Part shown: in pieces, positions 38,648-49,283 of the stretch
How positions within the stretch are numbered: position 1 is the stretch's first letter
Layout: every line of letters begins with the position of its first letter
NCBI GenBank assembly: GCA_032250835.1
Contig: JAVVEA010000003.1
Coordinates: forward strand, 57,458-121,457
Length of the DNA: 64,000 nt
Reading direction: 5' to 3'
DNA from: a bacterium
GTDB taxonomy: Bacteria > SAR324 > XYD2-FULL-50-16
Translations under genes and position numbers: made by a program
The notes under the pieces: generated by a model
Seen by the model: only the letters and a program-made list of their open reading frames with translations
What the model was told of the DNA's origin: nothing
Database searches by the model: none

Positions 38648-39828
38648 GGATTTAGGTTAGTGAAAAAACCTTGGTCCCACAAATAACCCATTTTATCTCC
38701 CTCTTCCATATAGGCCACGATTTGAGGGTCGCTATTGGCGGGAATGATTTGGGTGTATCCGTCCTTTTTTACCAGTAAAAAAACCTCATCCACCGTAGTG
38801 GCGTTCAAAAAATCTGGGGAGTGTGTTGATACAAACACTTGGCCACCGCGCCGGGCATAGGACCGGAATTCTTCGGCTAGCTCCACCAGTAACGAGGGGT
38901 ACAACTGGTTTTCCGGCTCTTCAACACAAAGCAAGGGGTGAGGCGCAGGGTCGTAAAGCAACACCAGATAAGCTAGCATCTTGATGGTGCCGTCTGAAAC
39001 ATGGCGCGCCAAAAAAGGGTCTTCAAAGGCACCGTCTTGGAATTTGAGCAAAACCCGACCTTCCTCGGTGGTTTTTGCTTCTACGTTCAAGATACCTGGC
39101 ACTCGTTGTTGCAATAGGTGCAATATCTTTTCAAATGTTTTTGGATGGTTCTTGTGCAGGTACTCTGTAACCAGAGAAAGGTTTTCGCCTTCCTTGGATA
39201 AATGTTCTGCATAGCCAGCTTCTTGTTCGGGGCGTGCCCGGTTGATGTGGAAATCTGAAACGTGCCAGTTTTCAATGAGGTCGCCCAGAACCACCACCGC
39301 AGGGAACCGCTCGAATTGTGCTAGCCCCTTAATTGCCAGAATATCTGGGGCTTTCAACGATTGTTCTTCTCTTGCTAGCTCTTTTATATCATTTACTTTA
39401 TCAAGCTCATTGGTAACGGCAATGCCTTTGCCGTTGCTGAAATCTAAAAAATGCCAAGGTTGACCTCCGCTCCCTCTGCGGTACTTTAGGACTTCCCTGG
39501 CGATATAGGCTTTCGAGTTGTTGATATCTATTTGCAAAAAGTAAGTGATTAGAGGTGATTCGGGAGTGTCACGAAACTTTAATTCAATCTCCATAGGCCC
39601 TTCGGTATTGCGCGCCCGAACTTCAGAAAACCCCCTGCTTCCGCCTAGCCTGGAAAGCGCAGCATTGATGTTGCTGGACATAGCATCGCGCAGGAACCCG
39701 AAAACACTAAAAATAGTGCTTTTTCCCACACCATTGGCCCCGACAAAAACACAAAAACTAGGAATATTGGTCAGTTCGGCATCCTTAAAGGCTTTGAAGT
39801 TTTTTAACCGAATACTTTCGATTTTCAT
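38644..39828 (-). CDS. ABC/AAA_21-type ATPase
   Basis: NFKAF, GANGVGKS, SDGT, VEEPEN and STHS motifs; AT-rich. Confidence 0.9.
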   Translation of the reverse strand: MKIESIRLKNFKAFKDAELTNIPSFCVFVGANGVGKSTIFSVFGFLRDAMSSNINAALSRLGGSRGFSEVRARNTEGPMEIELKFRDTPESPLITYFLQIDINNSKAYIAREVLKYRRGSGGQPWHFLDFSNGKGIAVTNELDKVNDIKELAREEQSLKAPDILAIKGLAQFERFPAVVVLGDLIENWHVSDFHINRARPEQEAGYAEHLSKEGENLSLVTEYLHKNHPKTFEKILHLLQQRVPGILNVEAKTTEEGRVLLKFQDGAFEDPFLARHVSDGTIKMLAYLVLLYDPAPHPLLCVEEPENQLYPSLLVELAEEFRSYARRGGQVFVSTHSPDFLNATTVDEVFLLVKKDGYTQIIPANSDPQIVAYMEEGDKMGYLWDQGFFTNLNP

Positions 39829-39927
39829 CGATATTTCCAGGCAGAGTTTAAAATTAAAGTAAAATTTGAGTCGGGATTATGCGCTTGTAGCGGCCTATTT
39901 GACAATTATCGGGGGGACCGAACTCCC

Positions 39928-40734
39928 CTACCCCCGGCCCAACTCCTCGGACCGGGCCTTGGCCGCTTCGATCCCGGCGATCAGGCCGTCCTTGACGCCC
40001 CGATCCTCAAAGACGTTTAAGGCTGCTTCGGTGGTGCCGCCTTTGCTGGTGACTTTGGCGCGCAGGTCGCCAGCTTCTTCGTCGCTGCTGGCCAGCAGGG
40101 TGGCGGCACCCATGACGGTTTGGGTGACCAACTGGCGTGCATCTTTGGGAGCGAAACCAAAGTTAAGGGCCGCTTGCATCATCGCTTCGGCCAAATAAAA
40201 CACATAGGCCGGGCCGCTACCGCTGACGGCGGTGCTGGCGTCGATAAAACTCTCGTTTTCCACCTCCATCGCCACACCCAAAGCCCCCAAGACCACCTGG
40301 GCGATGGCCAATTCTTCTTGGCCGACCTCTGGGTCACCGCAGAAGGTGGTCATGCCTTGTAAGATGGCCGAAGGCGTGTTGGGCATAGCGCGGATCAGCT
40401 TGCCTTGGGGTAGGTGCTGGCGCATTTTGGCCAGCGTGACCCCGGCCATGATGGAGATGATTAAGGTTTCCGGGCCCACCCGCTCGGCTAAGTGGTCCAT
40501 GGCCTCGCCCGAGTCTTGGGGCTTGACGGCCAAGATCACCAGTTCAGGGCGCTCGGCCAAATCGCTCAACTGGGCCAAGAGCTTGACCCCTTTACCCTCT
40601 AAGCTTAAGGTCTGCGGCGTCTGGCGGCGCTCGACCAGGGTCAGGTCTTGGCGCTCAAAGATTCGTTTTTCCAACAAACCCTGGGCAATGGCCGAACCCA
40701 TGTTCCCGCAGCCTAAGATCAACGCAGATTTCAT
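39928..40734 (-). CDS. proC: Pyrroline-5-carboxylate reductase
   Basis: GCGNMG, AVKP, RAMPN, SGSGPAY and VTSKGGTT motifs. Confidence 0.96.
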   Translation of the reverse strand: MKSALILGCGNMGSAIAQGLLEKRIFERQDLTLVERRQTPQTLSLEGKGVKLLAQLSDLAERPELVILAVKPQDSGEAMDHLAERVGPETLIISIMAGVTLAKMRQHLPQGKLIRAMPNTPSAILQGMTTFCGDPEVGQEELAIAQVVLGALGVAMEVENESFIDASTAVSGSGPAYVFYLAEAMMQAALNFGFAPKDARQLVTQTVMGAATLLASSDEEAGDLRAKVTSKGGTTEAALNVFEDRGVKDGLIAGIEAAKARSEELGRG

Positions 40735-41826
40735 CTATCCCCTTTTTTGTTCAAATTTCTTCATGAAAGCGGTCAGCGCCTTGATGCCTTCAATCGGCAT
40801 GGCGTTGTAGATCGAGGCCCGGGCCCCGCCCACGGCGCGGTGTCCCTTAAGGGCATAGAGCCCTTCGGCCTGCGCTTCGGCCACAAAGGCCTTGAGCAGT
40901 TCTTCTGAGGGCAGGTTGAAGCAGACGTTCATGATCGAGCGGTGCGCCGGGTCGGCCACGCTGCTGTAAAAATCACTTTCGTCCAAGGTCTGGTATAGCA
41001 GTGAGGCTTTGGCTTGGTTTTGTTTTTCTAAAGCCGCCACGCCGCCTTGTTGCTCCACCCACTTCAAGACCAAGTTGATCATATAAACCGCAAAGGTATT
41101 GATGGTGTTGGCCATGCTGTGGTTGTCGCGGTAGACCGCATAGTCCAACAGTTTGGGGCAATCTGCCGGGGCGTGCCCGATCAGGTCGTCGCGCACAAAG
41201 GCTACCGAAATCCCGCTGGGGCCCAGGTTCTTTTGGGCCCCGGCGTAAACCATGCCGAACTGAGAATAGTCCACCACCCGCGAGAGGATTTCGCTGGTCA
41301 TGTCCACCACCAGAGGCACCTCACCGGTCTTGGGGAACTGGTGGTACTGGGTGCCGTAGAGCGTGTTGTTGCTGGTGATGTGTACGTAAGACGCCGCCGG
41401 GTCCACCATCTCGGGGGTGATCTGGGGGATCACCTTAAAGCCGCCTGGTTCCCCGCTGGCTAAGATTTGGATGTCCCCAAACTTCTCGGCCTCGACCCGC
41501 GCCACCTTGGCGAAGTTGCCAGTCTCGACGTAAAGCGCCTTTTTGGCCGGTTTTAGGGGCAACAAGTTGAGCGGCACTGCCGAAAACTGCAACTGGGCCC
41601 CACCATGTACATATAAAATCTGGTAGTTATCCGGCAGGTTGGTCAGGCGGCGCATCAAGACATCGGTCTCGGCCAAAAGGGCCTCGAACTCTGCCGAGCG
41701 GTGGCTGATCTCGATCAGCGAGACACCCATGCCGTTAAAATCCAAAAATTCCTTTTGGACTTGTTGCATCACCGGCACCGGCAACATGGCCGGGCCTGCA
41801 CCGAAGTTATAGACAGGTCGCTTCAT
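40735..41826 (-). CDS. serC: Phosphoserine aminotransferase
   Basis: NFGAGP, SHRS, GAQKNLG, GHRAVGG and RASIYNA motifs. Confidence 0.96.
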   Translation of the reverse strand: MKRPVYNFGAGPAMLPVPVMQQVQKEFLDFNGMGVSLIEISHRSAEFEALLAETDVLMRRLTNLPDNYQILYVHGGAQLQFSAVPLNLLPLKPAKKALYVETGNFAKVARVEAEKFGDIQILASGEPGGFKVIPQITPEMVDPAASYVHITSNNTLYGTQYHQFPKTGEVPLVVDMTSEILSRVVDYSQFGMVYAGAQKNLGPSGISVAFVRDDLIGHAPADCPKLLDYAVYRDNHSMANTINTFAVYMINLVLKWVEQQGGVAALEKQNQAKASLLYQTLDESDFYSSVADPAHRSIMNVCFNLPSEELLKAFVAEAQAEGLYALKGHRAVGGARASIYNAMPIEGIKALTAFMKKFEQKRG

Positions 41827-42094
41827 CTTCCCTTGAAGGTTGAGGTTAAGCACTAATTGTGGCGGCTCCGCCGGGTCCAGTCAAGTAGGACTGTCGCTAG
41901 GGGTTGATGGTAACCTATACCCGAAGTTTCCAGAACGCACCCCTTGCCCCAGGGCCTTTGACGCCGCCCAAACCGCGAGCCCAGGGGCCGAATAAAATGA
42001 GACGGAATTATAGTCAAAATTCTTTGGGCTGTGTTAAATATTGCCTACAAATTTTTAGGGTATTTTTGTAACCCATGCCCAGCGATACGGCACC

Positions 42095-43012
42095 ATGGAA
42101 ACAAATGTTTTGATAGGATTAGGCGGTCTGATGTTTTTGGGGTCCTTGGGGCTGGCTCTTTGGAAACTTAGAGCCTATCGTCAAAGAAGTCAACGGGTTG
42201 GATGCGAGCTGACGGCGCTAAATCAGTACCTTTTTGGCGAGGTGATGCAGCGCAAACAATTAGAGAAAGAACTGGTAGAAGCCAAAACGTTATTGGAGAC
42301 CGCCGCCGAGTTGAAGGATTGTTTCTTGGCCAATATGTCCCATGAGTTGCGCACCCCGCTCAATGGCGTGATTGGTATGAGCCAGCTGCTGCTCGACACC
42401 AAACTGGACCCGGAACAACACAGCTTTGTGGAGATGATCCTGGATTCGGGTAACGGCCTCCTGCACAAGATCGCCGATATCCTGGACATTGCCGCCAGCC
42501 GTAGTGGGCGTATCCTGGTGGTGGCCAAACCCTTTGACGCCAATCAACTCTTTACCAACGAATGCAACCTCTTCCGCTCGGCGGCTGCGGCCAAGGGGCT
42601 GCAATTTGACTTAAAGCTCTTCGGCGATCCGCTACCTGAACGGTTGGTGGGCGATGTGCGGCGGTTGGACCATGTGGTGGGTAGTCTGTTGAGCAACGCT
42701 ATCGACTACACCGACCGGGGTCGGGTGGATTTTGTGGTCGAGACCCGCAGCCTGGGTGCCGAACAAGTGGAACTGACCATAACCGTGACCGATACCGGGT
42801 TAGGAATCCCCGCCAACAAACAGGCCTTGGTATTTGAACCCTTCATCCAGGTAGACATGTCCAGCACCCGCAAACACGGCGGGGTGGGCCTTGGGCTCTC
42901 CATCGCCAAACAAACGGTTCAGGCGATGGGCGGAACGATCGAGTTGACCAGTGAATTGGGTCGGGGAACCCAAGTGTCCGTCCGGCTCCCCTTCACTTTG
43001 CCCAAGGCCTAG
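42095..43012 (+). CDS. Membrane-anchored histidine kinase without an evident sensor or receiver domain
   Basis: One TM segment, then [15 protein letters not shown] and GGVGLGL motifs. Confidence 0.9.
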   Translation: METNVLIGLGGLMFLGSLGLALWKLRAYRQRSQRVGCELTALNQYLFGEVMQRKQLEKELVEAKTLLETAAELKDCFLANMSHELRTPLNGVIGMSQLLLDTKLDPEQHSFVEMILDSGNGLLHKIADILDIAASRSGRILVVAKPFDANQLFTNECNLFRSAAAAKGLQFDLKLFGDPLPERLVGDVRRLDHVVGSLLSNAIDYTDRGRVDFVVETRSLGAEQVELTITVTDTGLGIPANKQALVFEPFIQVDMSSTRKHGGVGLGLSIAKQTVQAMGGTIELTSELGRGTQVSVRLPFTLPKA

Positions 43013-43035
43013 GCGGGCAACGGGAGGTTGAATGA

Positions 43036-44631
43036 TCAGACCGGGATGTGGTCGGAGTTGCTAAAGAACTCTAGGCCCTCAAACTTCTTTTTGGCATAGT
43101 CGAGGTCCCATTCGCTGTTGCACAAGAAGATCGGCTGGTCGTCGACGTCGGTGGCCACCTGGGCTAGGTAACGGGACTCAAACTGGCCCAGCATCTTCTT
43201 GTCGTCGCAGTGGTACCAACGGGCTAGTTGGTAGCCTACAGGCTCAAAGACGCCCTCAACACCATATTCCTCTTGCAGCCGGAACTTGATCACCTCAAAT
43301 TGCAAAACCCCCACCACGCCTAAGACCAAGGCCCCGCCGGTGTTTAGTTTAAAGACCTGGGTGGCCCCTTCTTCGGTCAATTGGCTTAAGCCTTTTTCCA
43401 ACTGCTTGGTTTTGAGCGGGTTGGCCAGCCGTACTTTCATAAAGTGTTCGGGCGAGAAGTGCGGGATGCCCGTGAAGTTGAGCGTCTCGCCCATGCTGAA
43501 GCTGTCGCCGATGCGGAACAGGCCGGTGTCGTATAGGCCGATGATCTCGCCGGGGTAGGCTTCTTCAACGGACTCACGGTCTTGGGCCAAAAAGCCCATC
43601 ACGTTGGCTAGCTTGATCGGGCGGTTGAGCCGAACATGGTGGATCTTCATGCCCTTTTCGAATTTGCCCGAACAGATGCGCAAAAAGGCGATCCGGTCGC
43701 GGTGGGCCTTGTCCATGTTGGCTTGGATCTTAAAGATAAAGCCCGTCAGCTTGGTTTCGGCGGCTTCCACGATCCGTTCCTGGGTCTCGCGGGCCTGGGG
43801 AGCCGGGGCCCAGTCTAAAAAGCCATGTAAAAATTCTTTGACCCCAAAGCTGTTCATAGCCGAGCCGAAAAAGACCGGGGTCATCTCGCCGCTTAGGTAT
43901 TTTGCAGGATCATAAACGTTGCCCGCCCCTACGACCAATTCCATTTCTTCGCGAAACTGGTTGCCCCAGCTGGTCCCGGCGATTTCGTCTAGTTTGGGGT
44001 CGTCCCAACCGGTCAGTTGGATGCGCTCAAAGGCCTTGCGCTCTTCGCCGGGCTTAAAGAGGGTGACGGTCTTTTCAAAGCGGTGGTAGACGCCCTTAAA
44101 CTCGCTACCCATGCCGATAGGCCAGGTGATCGGTGCGCATTGGATGCCCAACACCTCTTCGACCTCGTCCATCAGCTCAAAGGGGCTGCGGCACTGGCGG
44201 TCAAACTTGTTCATGAAGGTCATCACCGGCGTGTGCCGCATCCGGCAGACTTCCAGCAGCTTCTTGGTCTGGGTTTCCACGCCCTTGGCCCCGTCGATCA
44301 ACATCAAGGCCGAGTCCACAGCGGTCAAAACCCGGTAGGTATCTTCAGAAAAGTCCTGGTGCCCCGGCGTGTCCAGCAGGGTGATGTGGTGCCCGTCATA
44401 GCGGAAGCTCATCACCGAACTGGTGACCGAGATGCCGCGCTGCTTCTCGATCTCCATCCAGTCAGAAGTAGCGTACTTGCCGGACTTGCGGCTCTTGACG
44501 GTGCCCGCCATCTGGATCGCCCCGCCAAAAAGCAAGATCTTTTCGGTGATCGTCGTTTTACCGGCGTCCGGGTGGCTGATGATGGCGAAGGTTCGCTGTT
44601 TGGCTATGTGGTCGGGTAATGTCTTCGGCAT
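43036..44631 (-). CDS. prfC: Peptide chain release factor 3
   Basis: HPDAGKTT, DTPGHQDF and FKIQANMD motifs. Confidence 0.97.
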   Translation of the reverse strand: MPKTLPDHIAKQRTFAIISHPDAGKTTITEKILLFGGAIQMAGTVKSRKSGKYATSDWMEIEKQRGISVTSSVMSFRYDGHHITLLDTPGHQDFSEDTYRVLTAVDSALMLIDGAKGVETQTKKLLEVCRMRHTPVMTFMNKFDRQCRSPFELMDEVEEVLGIQCAPITWPIGMGSEFKGVYHRFEKTVTLFKPGEERKAFERIQLTGWDDPKLDEIAGTSWGNQFREEMELVVGAGNVYDPAKYLSGEMTPVFFGSAMNSFGVKEFLHGFLDWAPAPQARETQERIVEAAETKLTGFIFKIQANMDKAHRDRIAFLRICSGKFEKGMKIHHVRLNRPIKLANVMGFLAQDRESVEEAYPGEIIGLYDTGLFRIGDSFSMGETLNFTGIPHFSPEHFMKVRLANPLKTKQLEKGLSQLTEEGATQVFKLNTGGALVLGVVGVLQFEVIKFRLQEEYGVEGVFEPVGYQLARWYHCDDKKMLGQFESRYLAQVATDVDDQPIFLCNSEWDLDYAKKKFEGLEFFSNSDHIPV

Positions 44632-44848
44632 GGTCCGGGCTATTTGGAGATTAAGTTCCCAATCTAGCGGGACTCGTTGAGTTTGGGTAGAGGGGAATTT
44701 ATTGGGGTTCCTTGGGCAGACCAGAGGCTTGATTGTTGCGTTCCTGCTAGGGTAAAGACGGGCACCTGATACTTAAGCCTTTTACCGCAATACTTGGGGC
44801 TTAAAAAACAACCTGATAGGGCTGGTGGCTAGCAAACTGAGCTTCTCT

Positions 44849-44877
44849 TTGACAGTTGTACGGGATAGCCGTACACT
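44849..44877 (+). promoter_or_regulatory. Sigma70 promoter with overlapping palindromic operator for yefM-yoeB
   Basis: TTGACA (44849-54), 17-bp spacer, TACACT (44872-77); palindrome TGTACGG-N5-CCGTACA at 44857-44875. Confidence 0.8.
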
Positions 44878-44898
44878 TAATAAAAAATAGGAGGACTC

Positions 44899-45171
44899 AT
44901 GAGAGAAATGTCGGTCAACCAATTCCGCAGCCACCTCAAGGAAAGTGTAGAACAGGTGGTGTCCAATCATGAAGCTTTGCGGGTCACTAGGCGGAGTGAA
45001 AAAGCTTTTGTGGTGGTGAGCGAAGAGGACTGGGAACGGGACCAGGAAACGCTGCTGGTTTTGAGCAACTCGAGCCTGATGAAACAAATCCAAAGTTCCC
45101 TCGAATCCCACCAAAAGGAAAGGGGTTACCGTCCTACTCTGAAGGAACTGGATGAGATCCATCGTCTTTGA
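44899..45171 (+). CDS. yefM: Phd/YefM antitoxin
   Basis: Phd-type N-terminus and VVVSEEDW...ETL motif; AGGAGG RBS. Confidence 0.88.
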   Translation: MREMSVNQFRSHLKESVEQVVSNHEALRVTRRSEKAFVVVSEEDWERDQETLLVLSNSSLMKQIQSSLESHQKERGYRPTLKELDEIHRL

Positions 45172-45418
45172 AGGGAACACCTGGGCCGAATACGAGAAGC
45201 TAAGATCCAAAGACAATCAACTGCACAAGAATCTTTGCCACATCTTACAAGAGATGCAACGTAACGACCCGGCCATTGGTTTGGGGAAGCCGGAACAACT
45301 TAAATACCAGTTGTCTGGATTTTGGTCGAGGCGGCTGTCGCAAAAGGACCGGGTGGTTTACAGGTTTGATGAATCCTCTATCTATATCTTTGCGATTGGG
45401 GGTCACTATGATGCTTGA
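45152..45418 (+). CDS. yoeB: Txe/YoeB toxin
   Basis: GKPEQLK, WSRRL and C-terminal GHY. Confidence 0.9.
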   Translation: MRSIVFEGNTWAEYEKLRSKDNQLHKNLCHILQEMQRNDPAIGLGKPEQLKYQLSGFWSRRLSQKDRVVYRFDESSIYIFAIGGHYDA

Positions 45419-45473
45419 CCTTGAAATACAATAACCGTAAGTAGGCCCTAAATATTTTCTAGTTGGGTAGGGG

Positions 45474-46385
45474 ATGAAAAAAATAGCGATTTACAATAAC
45501 AAGGGCGGTGTCGGGAAATCTACCCTGGCGGTCCTGTTGGCCGATTATTTTGCCGCTGGGTCTTCGGCTTCTAAAAAACAGAAGATGAAGGTTCTGGTCA
45601 TCGATTTGGATGCTCAAGCCTCTTCGGCCACCACCCTATTGGGCTTGGACGCCGTTGCCAGAGCAAGACAAGCGGGTACCGTTTTGACGCGTTACTTGAA
45701 CGGTCAGCCTGGACCTGGGCTGGACTCTTATCTTCATTTAAGGCCCAAACTAGAAAGCCCTTCTACTCGCAAATTGGTCTTACATGACCTGTGGGTTGCC
45801 TGCCAGGACCGGGCGGACCTTTTGAACTTTGAACAGAACAACACTCCCGAACGGGTTGCCGACCGGATGGATTGGTTTATTGATGGGCTGCAAGAGGCTG
45901 GTTTTGATACGGTATTCTTTGATTTACCGGCCAACTTGGACGAACGCAATTTGCTGGCCTTGGCAACCTTACGGCTGGCGGACCATATCCTGATCCCCAC
46001 AGAGCCTTCGCGGATCTCCGTCAACGCGTTAACGGACAGCTTGAATTTAGTTTACTACGCTGGCGGGAGTATGAAAGAGCAGATGATGCAGAAAAAGTTG
46101 GCTGGGTTCATTCTCAATAAAACGGACCGGAGGACCCGGCAGTACCGACTCCACCATAAGGAGCTTTCGGAATTGGCCAATCGCCACAATACCCTGGTGT
46201 TGAAGCAGGCTTTGCCTACCGCGCCAGATTTGGCCTCCTCCTCGGACGATAGTTTGGAATTTAATCTGCTACAGGACCGATTTGGCAAACAATATTCAAA
46301 TGTTTGTGCGCTAGCCTTGGAAGTTGCCCAACGCTGCGGGTATAAAACCCGCCCCAAGCAAAGCCCTAAGGCAGGTTCAAGGTAA
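45474..46385 (+). CDS. Orphan ParA family ATPase
   Basis: KGGVGKST deviant Walker A and IDLDAQ; no parB adjacent. Confidence 0.88.
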   Translation: MKKIAIYNNKGGVGKSTLAVLLADYFAAGSSASKKQKMKVLVIDLDAQASSATTLLGLDAVARARQAGTVLTRYLNGQPGPGLDSYLHLRPKLESPSTRKLVLHDLWVACQDRADLLNFEQNNTPERVADRMDWFIDGLQEAGFDTVFFDLPANLDERNLLALATLRLADHILIPTEPSRISVNALTDSLNLVYYAGGSMKEQMMQKKLAGFILNKTDRRTRQYRLHHKELSELANRHNTLVLKQALPTAPDLASSSDDSLEFNLLQDRFGKQYSNVCALALEVAQRCGYKTRPKQSPKAGSR

Positions 46386-46543
46386 GTTGCTGGCCCAATG
46401 CCCAAATAGCATGAGACAGGGAATAAAATACCTTTTACCGGGGCCCAGCATCCAGAGGAAAAGTCCCCTTTTTTTTGGACTTCAAGTGTTAGGGTGCGCA
46501 AGAGATGCTTAAACTGCCCCATTAACTCCCTTAAAACCAAGGC

Positions 46544-46798
46544 TCAGTTGGGTTCAATCTGCCCCGTGAGGTATTTGTGGATCAGGCTGCTGATCAAGGT
46601 TTGATAGCCCATCCCCTCTTTAGCGGCCATGATTTTGATGCCTTCGAAGTCCGCCCTGGTCAGGCGGATAGTCGCCCGTTCCATCTTTTTCAAGCTGTTG
46701 CGGGCCATTTCTTGAGCTTTGATTTTGCTTTGTTTCAACTCGTCAGGAGGCAGGCTCACCCATTCGCCCCCTTCGCGGGAGGTTGTGGTTTCGGCTTC
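46544..46798 (-). pseudogene. CopG/BrnA-like antitoxin, probably 5'-truncated and lacking a toxin partner
   Basis: TIRL...AAKEGMGYQTLISSLIHKY. The frame extends upstream as EAETTTSREGGEWVSL without a start codon (a GTG at 46759 is possible). Confidence 0.65.
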
Positions 46799-46806
46799 GC
46801 CCCGTC

Positions 46807-47016
46807 CACTTGGCTGCGGAATTGGAGTTTTTTTATCTGAACTTAGCCGAGCGCCACCGGTCAGGGGATGAGCTTGCGTTGGAGCGGGCGGGGATGGTGC
46901 TGGACCATTTGGCAGACTGGCTAAGCCTTTGGCAGCAGTAAATCAGCCAATATGCCGAAGCAGACCTTTACGCCCGGCTGGGCGACTTGGCCGCGCTGTT
47001 ACCCAAGACCGATTAG
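46807..47016 (+). pseudogene. TorD/DmsD-family chaperone C-terminal remnant
   Basis: HLAAELEFF...LDHLADW...LYARL, with an in-frame TAA at 46939-46941 and no start. Confidence 0.65.
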
Positions 47017-47462
47017 GGGCCTTCCTTGAGGCGGTTGTTGATGAAGTCCTTGGCCCGGTCGCCGCGCAGATGCTCTGCTAAACCGACCAAGCCGTCTTCG
47101 AGGTATTTGGCCTTAAAGCCCTTGGTGGTCAGGTATAGCCGGGCCATGACGGCGCGGTCCTTGTGTGGGCAGGCGGTCACCACCAATTTTTTGGGGTCCA
47201 ATTCGTTCAGCCGGTTGGGCAGTTCATTTAAGGGGATGTGGACCGAATGGGGTAGGTTCCACGCCTCATGCTCTTCATGGAAACGAATGTCCACCAACTG
47301 GACGCGCCCTTGGGTCATCAGCTCGGTCAGTTCGGCGCTGCCGATCTTCATGGCCTTTCGTTCGGCATAGTCGAAGCGGAGCAGATAGGACTTCAAGTCT
47401 TCTGCGCAAGCCGCCGAGGAAAGAAACAAGACGCCTAAACCTAGCATGAACATCCGAACCAT
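47013..47462 (-). CDS. Exported rhodanese domain protein
   Basis: Signal peptide, VDIR, HIPL, active-site loop TACPHKDRA. Confidence 0.85.
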   Translation of the reverse strand: MVRMFMLGLGVLFLSSAACAEDLKSYLLRFDYAERKAMKIGSAELTELMTQGRVQLVDIRFHEEHEAWNLPHSVHIPLNELPNRLNELDPKKLVVTACPHKDRAVMARLYLTTKGFKAKYLEDGLVGLAEHLRGDRAKDFINNRLKEGP

Positions 47463-47482
47463 TGGGTCCTCCTGAGGGGTGT

Positions 47483-47504
47483 GAGGGGCCGAGCTTGGCC
47501 CCTC
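47483..47504. other. Intergenic hairpin between acr3 and the rhodanese gene
   Basis: GAGGGGCC-N6-GGCCCCTC; no clear U-tract. Confidence 0.5.
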
Positions 47505-47518
47505 GGGGTCTGCGGCCT

Positions 47519-48586
47519 TTAGGTCGCGGGCGCTTCGTTGGTGAAATACCGCTTCTTGAAGTATAGCGCCACGTTCACCAAGGCGAGCAACACCGGCACC
47601 TCCACCAAGGGGCCGATCACCGCGGCGAAGGCTTCGCCCGAGTGGATGCCGAACACCCCAATGGCCACGGCAATGGCCAATTCGAAGTTGTTGCTGGCGG
47701 CGGTGAAGCTAAGGGTCGCCGATTTGGAGTAGTCCGCGCCAAACTGTTTGCTAAGAAAAAAGGAAACCAAAAACATCACCACAAAATAGATGCCCAGAGG
47801 TACAGCGATGCGCAACACATCTAGCGGAACCGAAAGGATCACCTCGCCCTTGAAGGAAAACATGACCAAAATGGTGAACAACAGGGCGATTAAAGTGATC
47901 GGGCTGATCCGAGGCGTGAAAACCTGCTCGTACCAATCCTTTCCCTTAGCCTGGATCAGCCCCTTGCGGGTCAAGAACCCGGCGGCGAAGGGGATCCCCA
48001 AATAAATCAAAACGCTTTGCGCCACTTGCCCAATCGTGATGTCCACAATAAAGGCATCAAGCCCCAGCCAAGCGGGCAACAGCGTCATAAAGAAGTAGGC
48101 GTAAAGGGAGAAGAACAACACCTGGAAGATGGAATTAAAGGCCACCAACCCCGCCGCATATTCCCGGTCCCCTCCGGCCAGCTCGTTCCAGACGATCACC
48201 ATGGCAATGCACCGGGCCAACCCAATCAAGATCAAACCGGCCATGTAGTGGGGGTGGTCGCGCAGGAACAAGACCGCCAGGGCGAACATCAAGACCGGCC
48301 CGATCAGCCAATTTTGCACCAGCGAAAGCAACAACACCCGCTTGTTTTTAAAGACCTCGCCCAACTCTTCGTACTTCACCTTGGCCAAGGGGGGGTACAT
48401 CATCAAAATCAACCCCAAAGCCAGGGGGATGTTGGTCGTGCCGGTACCCAAGGAGGCCACCAAGCCGGAAAACCCCGGAGCAAGCACCGCTAACCCCACC
48501 CCGGCGGCTATTGCCAACAGGATCCAAAAGGTCAGGTTCCGGTCCAAAAAGCCGAGTTTACGTTGGCGCGAAGCTTCAGGTTTCAT
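47519..48586 (-). CDS. acr3: Arsenite efflux transporter, Acr3 family
   Basis: [19 protein letters not shown] and GPLVEVP motifs. Confidence 0.95.
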   Translation of the reverse strand: MKPEASRQRKLGFLDRNLTFWILLAIAAGVGLAVLAPGFSGLVASLGTGTTNIPLALGLILMMYPPLAKVKYEELGEVFKNKRVLLLSLVQNWLIGPVLMFALAVLFLRDHPHYMAGLILIGLARCIAMVIVWNELAGGDREYAAGLVAFNSIFQVLFFSLYAYFFMTLLPAWLGLDAFIVDITIGQVAQSVLIYLGIPFAAGFLTRKGLIQAKGKDWYEQVFTPRISPITLIALLFTILVMFSFKGEVILSVPLDVLRIAVPLGIYFVVMFLVSFFLSKQFGADYSKSATLSFTAASNNFELAIAVAIGVFGIHSGEAFAAVIGPLVEVPVLLALVNVALYFKKRYFTNEAPAT

Positions 48587-49019
48587 TGTCTTTTAACCAT
48601 TGTTCTAGTTTCGTTTTGATTTCGTCTCGCACCCGGCGGAAGACCGGCATTTGGCTCTCTTCGTCGCCCGTCGCTTCGGCGGGGTCGTCTAGGGGCCAGT
48701 AAAAGCGGTTTTCCTCGGGCAATCCCGGCCAGATCCTAGGGCAGGCATTTTTGGCTTTGTCGCAGACCACAAACAAAACCAAGATCGATTCGCGCCCCAA
48801 ATACTGTTTTAGGTCCTTGGGCTTCTGGCCCGAAATGTCGATGCCCACCTCGGCCATGGCCTTGAGGGCCAGCGGGTGGACCGCGTCTTTGGGTTCCAGG
48901 CCCGCGCTGAAGGGCTCAAAGCGGTCCCCGGCCAGGTGGCGCAACCAGCCTTCGGCCATTTGGCTACGGCAGCTGTTGCCGGTGCATAAAAACAAGGCAT
49001 TACGTTTTCTTTTTAACAT
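48576..49019 (-). CDS. arsC: Arsenate reductase (thioredoxin/LMWP type)
   Basis: [12 protein letters not shown] plus C..A...CP and DDP. Confidence 0.92.
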   Translation of the reverse strand: MLKRKRNALFLCTGNSCRSQMAEGWLRHLAGDRFEPFSAGLEPKDAVHPLALKAMAEVGIDISGQKPKDLKQYLGRESILVLFVVCDKAKNACPRIWPGLPEENRFYWPLDDPAEATGDEESQMPVFRRVRDEIKTKLEQWLKDNET

Positions 49020-49033
49020 AATGTCCCTGAGGG

Positions 49034-49270
49034 TTAGCTTTGGAGCCATGAAGCGATGGCCTCTTTGCTCGGTAGGCCCCCAGAGTGGACCACCTTGCCG
49101 TCCACCACCACGCCGGGGGTCGACAGAATGCCATATTGGACGATTTGGGCCATGTCCTCCACCTTTTCTAAGTGGATCTCTACCCCCGACTTTTCGGCGG
49201 CGGCTTGGATCATTTGGGAGGTGGTTTTGCAGTTAGCACAGCCCGATCCTAACACTTTAATCTCTTTCAT
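49034..49270 (-). CDS. Small redox-active disulfide protein (thioredoxin-like)
   Basis: IKVLGSGCANC and STPG; AGGAG RBS. True start lies inside ORF-track entry 49034..49543. Confidence 0.88.
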   Translation of the reverse strand: MKEIKVLGSGCANCKTTSQMIQAAAEKSGVEIHLEKVEDMAQIVQYGILSTPGVVVDGKVVHSGGLPSKEAIASWLQS

Positions 49271-49283
49271 TTGCTTCTCCTGA

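Noticed and set aside
46939-46941. Recoded stop in the TorD-like remnant
   Set aside because: The stop is TAA, not TGA or TAG, and the fragment has no start.
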